Below are positions 31,472 through 39,458 of a stretch of DNA of 64,000 nucleotides, in pieces. The stretch's first letter is position 1. Every line of letters starts with the position of its first letter. A program made the translations under genes and the position numbers. The DNA is from Minisyncoccota bacterium (GTDB lineage: Bacteria > Patescibacteriota > Minisyncoccia > Phycocordibacterales > UBA2100). The stretch covers positions 330,814 to 394,813 of the forward strand of contig OZ253947.1 of the NCBI GenBank assembly GCA_965267345.1, given 5' to 3'. The notes beneath the pieces were generated by a model, which was not told the origin of the DNA, made no database searches, and saw only the letters and a program-made list of their open reading frames with translations.

Positions 31472-32826
31472 TGACGACAAATGCCGCAGCATCAGTGGTA
31501 ACTCGCTTTCCGCCGTCACCAACGGGGCGTTTACACATCGGCAACATCCGTACGATGCTGTTTAACTACCTCTTCACGCGCAAACATGGCGGCGAGATTG
31601 TCATGCGCTTTGAGGACACTGATCGCGAGCGCAGCGATCAGGCACATGAGGCTGATGCACTCGAGGCACTTGCTGAGTTAGGGCTTTCGTTTGATCACGG
31701 ACCGTTCCGGCAATCCGAGCGCACCGACCGCTACATTGCTGCGCTTGAACAATTACTTGCATCAGGACATGCCTACGAGGCCGAGGAATCAAAAGGGGAG
31801 GAGGGCGCACGCGTCATCCGCTTCAAAAACCCGAATACCACACTGTCGTTTAGTGACACGGTCCGTGGCGAGGTGCGCATCGACACAACGGACTTTGGCG
31901 ATTTTGTCATCGCCCGATCGCGTACGAACCCAATCTATCACTTATCGGTTGTTGTTGATGATATGGATATGGGAGTCACCCACGTGATCCGTGGGGAAGA
32001 TCACATCACCTCAACACCACGGCAGATGCTTCTGATTCAAGCGCTCGGCGGTAGCGTGCCGACGTACGCGCACCTCCCGCTCATCATCGGCCCTGACAAA
32101 AAGAAGCTGAGCAAACGACACGGCGCGGTAACCTACCAGGAGTTCAAACGTCTTGGCTATATACCGGCAGCAATCGTGAATTACCTTGCGCTGCTCGGCT
32201 GGAACCCAGGAACTGATCAGGAATTCTTCACCATGGATGAGCTTATTGACACCTTCAGCCTCGAGCGCGTGAACAGTGCTCCCGCCATGTTTTCGTACGA
32301 GAAACTTGCATCGATCAATCGCCACCACATCATGCAATTGTCAGATATCGCGTACCAGAACTATATCCGCGATTTTGTTGGTGATAGTGCGGCTGCTGAG
32401 GCACTCGTAGCACACCCACGATTTGCAGCGATTGTCGATCTGGTGTTCAAAGATCGTGTCTACGCATTTGACGACGCGCGGGCAATGATTGAAGGGGGAG
32501 AGCTCGACTGGTTAGCTGCGCTGCCGGAGTATGATGCGGCGACACTCTGCTGGAAAGATAGTGCCCCTGAGCGCATTCGTGAGCATCTCACGCATACGCG
32601 TACGGTCTTCGCCGACATGCCGGATGACCAGTGGCACCACGAACAGCTCAAAGCGGCGCTCTGGGAGTACGCAACCGACGCAGGCCGTGGTGAAGTGCTC
32701 TGGCCGCTCCGTTTTGCACTCACCGCACAGGAGAAATCGCCTGATCCTTTTACCGTTGCGGATATACTCGGCAGGGAAACTACCGTGGCACGGATTGACT
32801 ACGCGCTTACACAGCTCGCTACGTAA
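31468..32826 (+). CDS. gltX: Glutamate--tRNA ligase
   Basis: RFPPSPTG.LHIG, RGEDH, KLSKRHG. Confidence 0.95.
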   Translation: MMTTNAAASVVTRFPPSPTGRLHIGNIRTMLFNYLFTRKHGGEIVMRFEDTDRERSDQAHEADALEALAELGLSFDHGPFRQSERTDRYIAALEQLLASGHAYEAEESKGEEGARVIRFKNPNTTLSFSDTVRGEVRIDTTDFGDFVIARSRTNPIYHLSVVVDDMDMGVTHVIRGEDHITSTPRQMLLIQALGGSVPTYAHLPLIIGPDKKKLSKRHGAVTYQEFKRLGYIPAAIVNYLALLGWNPGTDQEFFTMDELIDTFSLERVNSAPAMFSYEKLASINRHHIMQLSDIAYQNYIRDFVGDSAAAEALVAHPRFAAIVDLVFKDRVYAFDDARAMIEGGELDWLAALPEYDAATLCWKDSAPERIREHLTHTRTVFADMPDDQWHHEQLKAALWEYATDAGRGEVLWPLRFALTAQEKSPDPFTVADILGRETTVARIDYALTQLAT

Positions 32827-32827
32827 T

Positions 32828-34111
32828 ATGAAGCTATTCACGCGACAGAGCAGTGCATTTTTCATCGGCATGGCCGTTGCAATGCTACCGGCAACGGGTG
32901 TATTCGCGCAGAGCGTAGATGAACTTCGCGGAAAAATTGATGAGCAGCAGAGCGAAATTCAGGAGCTCGAAGCGGAGATTGCACAGTATGAACAGGAACT
33001 CCAATCGATTGGACGCGAGAAGCAAACGCTCGAGAGTGCGGTGCGCGAGCTTGATGTCGCTCGTCAACAAGTTAATGCGAAAATAGCGCTCGCCCAACGC
33101 CAGATTAATCAAACAAGCGAACGCATTGATGAGCTCAGCGGCGACATTAATGAAAAAGAGGCTAGAATTGAACGAAACTCGGAAGCGCTTGCCGAAGCGA
33201 TTCGTCGCATGCACGAATCAGAGTCAGAATCGATGGTGGAAGTGGTACTCGGCAGCGACAACATCTCGACGCTTTGGACTGACTTAGAGACGCTACGTCA
33301 GTTCCAGACAGTCGTGCGTAGCGAAGTGGACGAGCTCATAGTACAAAAGCGTGATCTTGAGGATGTGCGCGTTGAGTCACAAGAAAAACAGGAGCAACTA
33401 GTTGCGCAAAAGCAAGAGCTTGCCACACAACAGCGCGCACTCAATATTAACCGCGCCGCAAAGAACGAGCTTCTCGAACAGACAGAGAACGAAGAATCAA
33501 ACTACCAGCAACTCCTTGCCGAAAAACGCCAAGCAAGAGATGAGTTTGAGGCACAGCTGCGTGAGTTTGAGGCACAGCTACAGTATCAACTCGACCCAAC
33601 TTCGATCCCACCTCCAGGGAAGGGAGTATTTCGCTGGCCACTTGATAACGTCACCATCACCCAGTACTTTGGCAATACGCAATTTGCACAATCGGGGGCC
33701 TATAATGGCCGCGGCCACAACGGCATCGATCTGCGCGCCGCAATCGGTACACCCGTCAAAGCGGCGCTCTCCGGAAATGTTTTGGCGACAGGGAACACGG
33801 ATGCCATTCGCGGTTGCTACTCATACGGAAAGTGGGTTGTCGTTGAACACGTGAACGGCCTTGCGACACTCTACGCACACCTTTCAGAAATTCGCGTATC
33901 AGAAGGCCAAGCAGTTGGCACCGGAAGCGTCCTCGGGTACTCCGGCAACACCGGTTACTCAACCGGTCCGCATTTGCACTTTACGGTCTACGCAGCAGAT
34001 GCAGTCGAAATTGTGCGCTTGGGTGATATTAAGGCACGCACTAACTGTGCTGACGCCTACATACCCGTCGCACCGTACGAAGGTTACCTCAACCCACTCA
34101 ATTACCTGTAG
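32828..34111 (+). CDS. Coiled-coil M23 peptidoglycan endopeptidase
   Basis: Signal peptide, long coiled coil, HNGID, YAHL, STGPHLHF. Confidence 0.93.
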   Translation: MKLFTRQSSAFFIGMAVAMLPATGVFAQSVDELRGKIDEQQSEIQELEAEIAQYEQELQSIGREKQTLESAVRELDVARQQVNAKIALAQRQINQTSERIDELSGDINEKEARIERNSEALAEAIRRMHESESESMVEVVLGSDNISTLWTDLETLRQFQTVVRSEVDELIVQKRDLEDVRVESQEKQEQLVAQKQELATQQRALNINRAAKNELLEQTENEESNYQQLLAEKRQARDEFEAQLREFEAQLQYQLDPTSIPPPGKGVFRWPLDNVTITQYFGNTQFAQSGAYNGRGHNGIDLRAAIGTPVKAALSGNVLATGNTDAIRGCYSYGKWVVVEHVNGLATLYAHLSEIRVSEGQAVGTGSVLGYSGNTGYSTGPHLHFTVYAADAVEIVRLGDIKARTNCADAYIPVAPYEGYLNPLNYL

Positions 34112-34130
34112 TGTGTATCGCGCATGCTAA

Positions 34131-34549
34131 ACGTCGCACAATTTTAAGAGTGCTGAAACAGTGGTAGAGGAGCGAGAGGTTTCATTAGCGACGAAAACGA
34201 CACTGGAAATCGATACGATAGGATAAGAATGGATACTCACTCATGCGCGCGGATCTTTTTTTATGCACCAAATACATGTATAGCGCAGCGAGATCACGGA
34301 ACGAAGCCACATCGCGCCCAGCGGCTGTAGCGCGGTGTAGTGCGCTATGCACATATATATACGTCGCAAAAGATATATTGTACGACACATACATATATTC
34401 TAATACGTCCGCTCTATAATGCAACCTCTCACTTCCCTGTGGTTCTTGTGCGACGTGGTGTGTGGATGTTCTTTTGCGATGCACATGTTGTTTCTTGTAC
34501 GACGCTCGCCCTACCGTGGCTGTGTTGTGTTGAATGCTTCGCAAAAGAA
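34131..34549. repeat. Cluster of about 7 copies of motif TTCTTKTRCGACG in both orientations
   Basis: Copies at 34131r, 34361r, 34378, 34443, 34469, 34492, 34539r. Confidence 0.75.
34361..34388. other. Candidate dif-like recombination site (11-6-11)
   Basis: ACGTCGCAAAA-GATATA-TTGTACGACAC; arms are imperfect inverted repeats resembling XerC arms. Confidence 0.45.
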
Positions 34550-34635
34550 TGGATACAAGGTCGTGGTGTAAACCTTTTCGGAAGGTCCCCTTCCCTCTAG
34601 GTATACGACACGTTCTTTGAAAGCTTGGTGGAAAC

Positions 34636-34663
34636 AAAAAGAGCCACACAGTGTGTGACTCTT
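34636..34663 (-). terminator. Intrinsic terminator
   Basis: AAGAGTCACAC-ACT-GTGTGGCTCTT-TTT on minus strand; G.U pair works only on minus. Confidence 0.7.
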
Positions 34664-34761
34664 CAGTTGTGTAATTCACTCAGTGGTACATAGTACCAAC
34701 ATCGGCCGGGATAACACCCGCTACGATTCTCGTGAGGACAACGGTTCTGCTCGAATACCAT
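34663..34761 (-). CDS. Putative 32-aa Cys-rich peptide
   Basis: MVFEQNRCPHENRSGCYPGRCWYYVPLSELHN; stop abuts the terminator. Confidence 0.3.
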   Translation of the reverse strand: MVFEQNRCPHENRSGCYPGRCWYYVPLSELHN

Positions 34762-35097
34762 CAGGTCAGAGACGTACTAGTGTAAAAGAAGACGTACGTA
34801 CTTCCCCGCACTACAATGACCCTATGGTTTACAGATCGTCCCCGTGTTTCACTTTGCCGTTTACGCGAGACCAATAGCTACCGCGGCCACTATAAAAATG
34901 CGCCAGTCCGGTAGGTACTACTATGCACCACTCAATGAACTACTTATTCAATTACGTAGAGCTTGCGCACTCACACAACTGAATGCCTAAAGTATAACAT
35001 ATTCCCTTCCACCCAGCTTTCAGTGATGAAAGCAAACCACAAGACACTCACCTACGACAGTGATACAATTACCACGAATCTTTATGGTGATCATGAT

Positions 35098-35499
35098 ATG
35101 AAATGTAAGCTTGAGTACGCCCTGGTGGCAGAGAATGCAATTATCGACTCCGATTCAAATAAACTCACTGTCGTAGGCCTTTTCAGTAAAATACGAATAC
35201 CGACTGATGGTGGGTCTGTAAGAGTTAATTTTGTTGTTGCAGGAAAAATATCATTGGAAGACATCGCCGGCGAAGATCCTCGGGAACTCACGGTGAAGAT
35301 CGTCAAACCGAACGGAAAGGTTCTCGCTCAAGAAAGTATGAGAGGGCCGCTTGATACCGACGTCACGTTTAGAGCATTTTTCACGCTGATTGAGTTTAAG
35401 GAGGTAGGTTCCTACCATGTGAAGGTTGAGTTTGGTGGCGAAGAGCTCGAGATTAGCAATACTATTGGTTCTTTCAAGGTTGTTGAACGCGAAGCGTGA
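35098..35499 (+). CDS. DUF6941-like beta-sandwich protein
   Basis: LEYALVAENAIID..NKL.VVG.F..I; G.Y.V.V..GG. Confidence 0.65.
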   Translation: MKCKLEYALVAENAIIDSDSNKLTVVGLFSKIRIPTDGGSVRVNFVVAGKISLEDIAGEDPRELTVKIVKPNGKVLAQESMRGPLDTDVTFRAFFTLIEFKEVGSYHVKVEFGGEELEISNTIGSFKVVEREA

Positions 35500-35503
35500 G
35501 CCT

Positions 35504-35884
35504 ATGGAACGAATACAGAATCCGTGGAGCACTTCTCAAGATGACGGAACGGGACATAATCGGCCGAGGATAATTACTTTGGGCAAAAGCCAGTCAGATG
35601 CCATTGACGAACTACGTGACCTTTACAGCAAAACAAGTAAAGACCTAGAGAGAACTCAGGAAGATGTATCGGAGCTGAGAGGACTAAAAACTATAGTAGA
35701 TAAGTACAGCAACCTTCTTATTCTTGGGTTCGCCATTTTGCTTGTAATGGTTGTAAGTATTCTAATGATCACTTTCCAATCCTTTATGGAAACGTATCGC
35801 TACAAAGAAGCGAAGTACAATGAGTACGTAAAGGCTGTTGAGTCACTGGATTCAAAAATAGAAGCCTTACAGACTGAAAAATGA
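35504..35884 (+). CDS. Hypothetical coiled-coil/single-TM protein
   Basis: 126 aa, central TM flanked by coiled coils, 4 nt after upstream ORF. Confidence 0.7.
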   Translation: MERIQNPWSTSQDDGTGHNRPRIITLGKSQSDAIDELRDLYSKTSKDLERTQEDVSELRGLKTIVDKYSNLLILGFAILLVMVVSILMITFQSFMETYRYKEAKYNEYVKAVESLDSKIEALQTEK

Positions 35885-35914
35885 AAAACACCACCCTACT
35901 CTCTTGGGGTGTCT

Positions 35915-36388
35915 CTAGTGTGCCTTTCTAAGGAGTGTACTTGGTTTGTACCCAACGACCGTGAACTTCACAGCAACATTCGGCGCACCACCGGATGTGT
36001 AATACGCCAAAGGAGTTCCTACAAAACGAAATAGATCAGCTGATGGAATCTGTTCGTCCTTTAACTTCCCAAAGTCCACATGGACACTTGGAATAACAGG
36101 TAAGTATACGAAAGTATAGTCGTCTATGGGTTGCACTTGATAGTACCATTGTGTAGCTTCTTTACCTTTTACTGGGACCACGTTGACCACAATATCTTTA
36201 TCCCCTTCTGCACGAGTTCCATCTGGATTAAAAAGTGCTTTCTTAACGTTGAGTTCCTCAGCGTGTTTATCAAGGTATTCAAGCAGCGCCAGAACATCTG
36301 CAATAACCATGTCGTGAATAATAGCATCAAACTCCTCCTGAGTTATCTTCGAGGGGTCTATCTCTAAGGTGTGTTGCTCTTCGAGCAC
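35915..36388 (-). CDS. Hypothetical soluble protein
   Basis: 157-aa ORF with protein-like composition. Confidence 0.7.
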   Translation of the reverse strand: MLEEQHTLEIDPSKITQEEFDAIIHDMVIADVLALLEYLDKHAEELNVKKALFNPDGTRAEGDKDIVVNVVPVKGKEATQWYYQVQPIDDYTFVYLPVIPSVHVDFGKLKDEQIPSADLFRFVGTPLAYYTSGGAPNVAVKFTVVGYKPSTLLRKAH

Positions 36389-36428
36389 ATGACCACCGCC
36401 CTACTCTCTTGCGACCAGCGCAGAGGTC

Positions 36429-36444
36429 ATATTGTACGACACAT
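36429..36444 (+). repeat. 16-bp direct repeat of the right half of the dif-like site
   Basis: ATATTGTACGACACAT identical to 34375-34390. Confidence 0.8.
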
Positions 36445-36516
36445 TATAATACCTGCTTTACCGCTACCCTATAAGTACCGAGGCTCTGCGGGGCGAATTG
36501 ATGATAGTATGTGTTT

Positions 36517-36759
36517 ATGTCCTCCGGCATCAAGGTACAGCGAGGCAGAGAGAGTTGGGACTACATTTACACTACACTCGGCTTTACCCTAACCATAGAG
36601 GGTGTCTTGGTGAGCTATGTTCCCTTTCCCCACTGGCAGGCAAATATTTTTATTGCCGGTTCTCTGTTTATACTCACCATTAAATGCTTCCTAGAAAGCG
36701 AGTGGCTGCACAATGAACTGATCGGGATTAAGGAACGTTATGAAAACGAGTGGCGATAG
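36517..36759 (+). CDS. Hypothetical 80-aa 2-TM protein
   Basis: MSSGIKVQRGRESWDYIYTTLGFTL...; two hydrophobic segments. Confidence 0.55.
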   Translation: MSSGIKVQRGRESWDYIYTTLGFTLTIEGVLVSYVPFPHWQANIFIAGSLFILTIKCFLESEWLHNELIGIKERYENEWR

Positions 36760-36861
36760 TCTCCCCTTTTTAGTGCAAGCACGTACGGAACATGTTCTAT
36801 TGACACAATATATATTTTATGTGATAGTTTTATTCCTCGAACTACAGCATGGAGAAATGGT

Positions 36862-36963
36862 ATGGATCGGCAGAATGCGCAGCAATTCGGATTGGGACTA
36901 GGAAAATACGTCCTGGTTCCGATGCTCATCTTCATCATTGCGGCTCTTGCCATTTGGGGCTAG
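36862..36963 (+). CDS. Micro-cassette A: 33-aa single-TM peptide (not in ORF track)
   Basis: MDRQNAQQFGLGLGKYVLVPMLIFIIAALAIWG; TTGACA 36800, GGAG 36851, terminator 36975-37010. Confidence 0.7.
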   Translation: MDRQNAQQFGLGLGKYVLVPMLIFIIAALAIWG

Positions 36964-36974
36964 GACGTCCGTGG

Positions 36975-37010
36975 GGGCTCGGCTAAACGATTCTGAGGCC
37001 GAGCCCTTTT
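36975..37010 (+). terminator. Terminator of cassette A
   Basis: GGGCTCGGC...GCCGAGCCC-TTTT. Confidence 0.75.
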
Positions 37011-37132
37011 CGTTGCCACCATGCGTCGCTTTCGGGCAGCCTAACCAAAGGGGTGCTCTAAGCGCCCCGCCTCACTCTTTTTACTCTTTTTGTTACGAGT
37101 CACTACCCTACACTATTTCGTATAGGTAAAGT

Positions 37133-37249
37133 AAAACGCTCGGACCCCGAGGGACAGGGAAAAGGGTCCGAGCGCTACCGGCTATGTCTTTGGGGTTCCG
37201 AGACCTTTTCGGGTTTGGGGGGGAAGGTCTCAAAAAAGACACACCGGCA
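37133..37249 (-). ncRNA. Candidate ~115-nt sRNA with two C-rich loops
   Basis: TTGACT-17-CACACT at 37283-37255; two long stems; second stem followed by TTTT; no convincing ORF. Confidence 0.5.
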
Positions 37250-37291
37250 CTTCTAGTGTGCCCCTATTAGCAGCATGAGTCAAATGTACAA

Positions 37292-37319
37292 GCGGCCTGT
37301 CGTCGAAACGACAGGCCGC
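37292..37319 (-). terminator. 12-bp hairpin with UUCG loop after the 81-aa ORF
   Basis: GCGGCCTGTCGT-TTCG-ACGACAGGCCGC on minus strand. Confidence 0.75.
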
Positions 37320-37345
37320 CCCTTCGTGAACGATCGCCGAGGATG

Positions 37346-37591
37346 TCACCATGACTCGAGAAATAGTGGCTGTAGCCGAGCTTGGTATACTCCCGCGAAA
37401 GCAGTCTCGTAAGAACTCACTACATAGAAACCGTTCGCTCCGTCCACGGACAGGACAGTTTTGCAACACACTGGGAACAGTTGCGTATGTGCCTCATCGT
37501 CAGCATACATGGGCGTCGTAATTTCACTACCCACTGGAAAACCGACTCCGGGGCAACCAACCTGCGTAACGTTCTCATAATCTGAGCTCAT
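37346..37591 (-). CDS. Micro-cassette F: 81-aa soluble protein
   Basis: MSSDYENVTQVGCPGVGFPVG...; SD AAAGGGG upstream, hairpin downstream. Confidence 0.6.
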   Translation of the reverse strand: MSSDYENVTQVGCPGVGFPVGSEITTPMYADDEAHTQLFPVCCKTVLSVDGANGFYVVSSYETAFAGVYQARLQPLFLESW

Positions 37592-37685
37592 CGCTTTCCC
37601 CTTTCTTCTTATATGCTGTCTTGTCTGCAGCTGAGTATATGCGCAAATAGCACGAAAAGAAAGACGCACCGCGCAATAGAAGTAA

Positions 37686-37711
37686 GGCGAGGCGCTCCAA
37701 GCGGCCCCGCC
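37686..37711 (-). terminator. Terminator-like hairpin with no clear upstream ORF
   Basis: GGCGGGGC...GCCTCGCC-TTACTTCT on minus. Confidence 0.45.
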
Positions 37712-37852
37712 GCGTTGGTATCTCCTGGTACCCCACTGCTTTGACGAGAGAGACGGTCGATAGCTGTTTCCACGTATCCAAATCAAATACCGGTATACAT
37801 GAAAAGAGTGCGTTTAGGGGGTCTCGGAGACAGCGAGAAATGAGAGCACTCG

Positions 37853-38215
37853 TTAGTAGTGACGCCGCCCACGCAAGTGGTGCATCCGTGGATGCAGATA
37901 GATGTAAGCAATGTGTTTGAGTGAATCTGTTATGTGAGCATATGCGTAGCTCCCTACTTCCCTGATCTGAGACGCCGCATAGACACCTATATCGGCGAGT
38001 GCTTCATAGAGCCCGCGAACAAACAAACGGCGTATTGCGTAGCTTCGTCCAAACCCAATGGCGATCTGAATGACGGCCAATATGCCGAAATTGGTGACAT
38101 TGTAAGGCATACCAAACAGTGGTAGCAAAATGAGATTGACCCCAAACATGAGGGCAACCCCGACGGTGACATTAAGTGCGCTTTCAGTAAGCGATTTTCT
38201 ACACGTATCTCGCAT
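37853..38215 (-). CDS. DUF7220-like 2-TM phage-associated protein
   Basis: SL.ES..NV.VG...LLPLFG...RSYAIRRLF pattern. Confidence 0.7.
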   Translation of the reverse strand: MRDTCRKSLTESALNVTVGVALMFGVNLILLPLFGMPYNVTNFGILAVIQIAIGFGRSYAIRRLFVRGLYEALADIGVYAASQIREVGSYAYAHITDSLKHIAYIYLHPRMHHLRGRRHY

Positions 38216-38351
38216 ATATGCTTGCGGTGCTTACTAACCCCATAGTTACACTACCACAGACCAATGCAATGGCGTCGTGTTTATAACCCGTTGACGTACA
38301 GTAAAAATCGCTGCACTATGTGAAGGGCTGGTAACGTAGAGGAGGTATCCA

Positions 38352-38477
38352 ATGCGTAGTAAGCCAAGTACCGTGGGAACTGAAGAGGAGCATATGGGCG
38401 TTAAGGATGCTCTCGTGCTGGTCATCCTGGCGAGCATCGCGTTCGTCTTCGTCTCATATATCTTTTTTGGCCCATAA
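38352..38477 (+). CDS. Micro-cassette B: 41-aa single-TM peptide (not in ORF track)
   Basis: MRSKPSTVGTEEEHMGVKDALVLVILASIAFVFVSYIFFGP; TTGACG 38291-17-CACTAT; AGGAGG 38340. Confidence 0.75.
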   Translation: MRSKPSTVGTEEEHMGVKDALVLVILASIAFVFVSYIFFGP

Positions 38478-38484
38478 GACCTTT

Positions 38485-38523
38485 TGCGCTGCCTCGCCAT
38501 CACGAGGCAGCGCATTCTCTTTT
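38485..38523 (+). terminator. Terminator of cassette B
   Basis: TGCGCTGCCTCG-ccatca-CGAGGCAGCGCA-TTCTCTTTT. Confidence 0.8.
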
Positions 38524-38688
38524 AACAAACGACCATGGTACCAGCTAGGACTTGAATATGCAGTGCTGAGTACCAAACGGGTCGTGAGAGCCCTCCTTTT
38601 TCAGTGAGAAGTAGGGGCCATGTTATTTTTTGACAATTCACTTTTACGGGTACATCATTACCGTCCAACATGTAAAGGAGGTCAACGA

Positions 38689-38829
38689 ATGACGATACTG
38701 GGATCTCGGCCCAACGAGCTGACTCGGTTTCAGAAGGAGCATCCACGACTTTGGGCGTTCCTGTGCTTCAGTTTGCCGGCACTCGTCTTGGGCATGGGCA
38801 TCGGCCTTGCCCTGCACGGTCATTTCTGA
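38689..38829 (+). CDS. Micro-cassette C: 46-aa single-TM peptide
   Basis: MTILGSRPNELTRFQKEHPRLWAFLCFSLPALVLGMGIGLALHGHF; TTGACA 38630; AAAGGAGG 38674. Confidence 0.75.
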   Translation: MTILGSRPNELTRFQKEHPRLWAFLCFSLPALVLGMGIGLALHGHF

Positions 38830-38850
38830 CCTATTTTTTCACTCTGTTGG

Positions 38851-38883
38851 AGCCCCGCTGCGTACCAGCGGGGCTTTTGTTTT
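38851..38883 (+). terminator. Terminator of cassette C
   Basis: AGCCCCGCTG-cgtac-CAGCGGGGCT-TTTGTTTT. Confidence 0.85.
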
Positions 38884-38954
38884 ATAGGTTTATTGACAGC
38901 TCAGTGAAATGAGCGTATCGTCACAGGTCCAACCAATGAAAGGAGGGTTGCACA

Positions 38955-39158
38955 ATGTCTGACGTTGCAGAACACACCGTCGTCGATGATGGACCGGAAG
39001 AACACGAGCACGACGAGAACTGCGGCCACGACGAGGGGGTATCCGAGGATACTACTCCTGCGGGATTCCCTCGTTGGGCACGCATCCTGATCGTCCTTGC
39101 TATGATCATCCTGATCATGTTCGGCGGCGGCGAGTTGCTCAACACGTTCATGCGCTAA
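38955..39158 (+). CDS. Micro-cassette D: 67-aa acidic/His-rich single-TM peptide
   Basis: TTGACA 38893-17-TATCGT; AAAGGAGG 38939; EEHEHDENCGHDE then TM. Confidence 0.8.
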   Translation: MSDVAEHTVVDDGPEEHEHDENCGHDEGVSEDTTPAGFPRWARILIVLAMIILIMFGGGELLNTFMR

Positions 39159-39180
39159 CCGCACCGAGTACCTGAGTTGG

Positions 39181-39220
39181 GAGAGCCCTGCTCTTCTTGA
39201 ATGAGGAGCTGGGCTCTCTT
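39181..39220 (+). terminator. Terminator of cassette D
   Basis: GAGAGCCCTGCTCTTC-TTGAAT-GAGGAGCTGGGCTCTC-TT. Confidence 0.75.
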
Positions 39221-39302
39221 CATACCTGCGTCATTTGACATTACCCTGTTTCCTATGGCACGGTACACCTCCACCCACTGAGAACGGAAAGGAGGATTCA
39301 TC

Positions 39303-39437
39303 ATGGAAAAAGAAGAAGCACCACGCAAGGTTAAAGATCTCGGGGCGACGATGCACAAGTGGGCATTCGTCCTCGTCAGTCTCGCTATCATTATCTGGGT
39401 TGCGTGGGATCAGCTGATCGGCCCCATGGTCAACTAA
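39303..39437 (+). CDS. Micro-cassette E: 44-aa single-TM peptide (not in ORF track)
   Basis: MEKEEAPRKVKDLGATMHKWAFVLVSLAIIIWVAWDQLIGPMVN; TTGACA 39235; AAAGGAGG 39288. Confidence 0.75.
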   Translation: MEKEEAPRKVKDLGATMHKWAFVLVSLAIIIWVAWDQLIGPMVN

Positions 39438-39458
39438 CGAGTACAAGTATCACGGTGG

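Noticed and set aside
34131-34549. Motif cluster as CRISPR array or oriC
   Set aside because: Repeats are 11-13 bp, degenerate, in both orientations and irregularly spaced; they are not DnaA boxes, and flanking genes converge rather than diverge
34185-34679. 164-aa minus ORF and 86-aa plus ORF over the motif cluster
   Set aside because: Non-protein-like composition; they run through a terminator or the repeat motifs
36800-36828. dif site at TTGACACAATA-TATATT-TTATGTGATAG
   Set aside because: Left arm is a poor match; better explained as the promoter of cassette A
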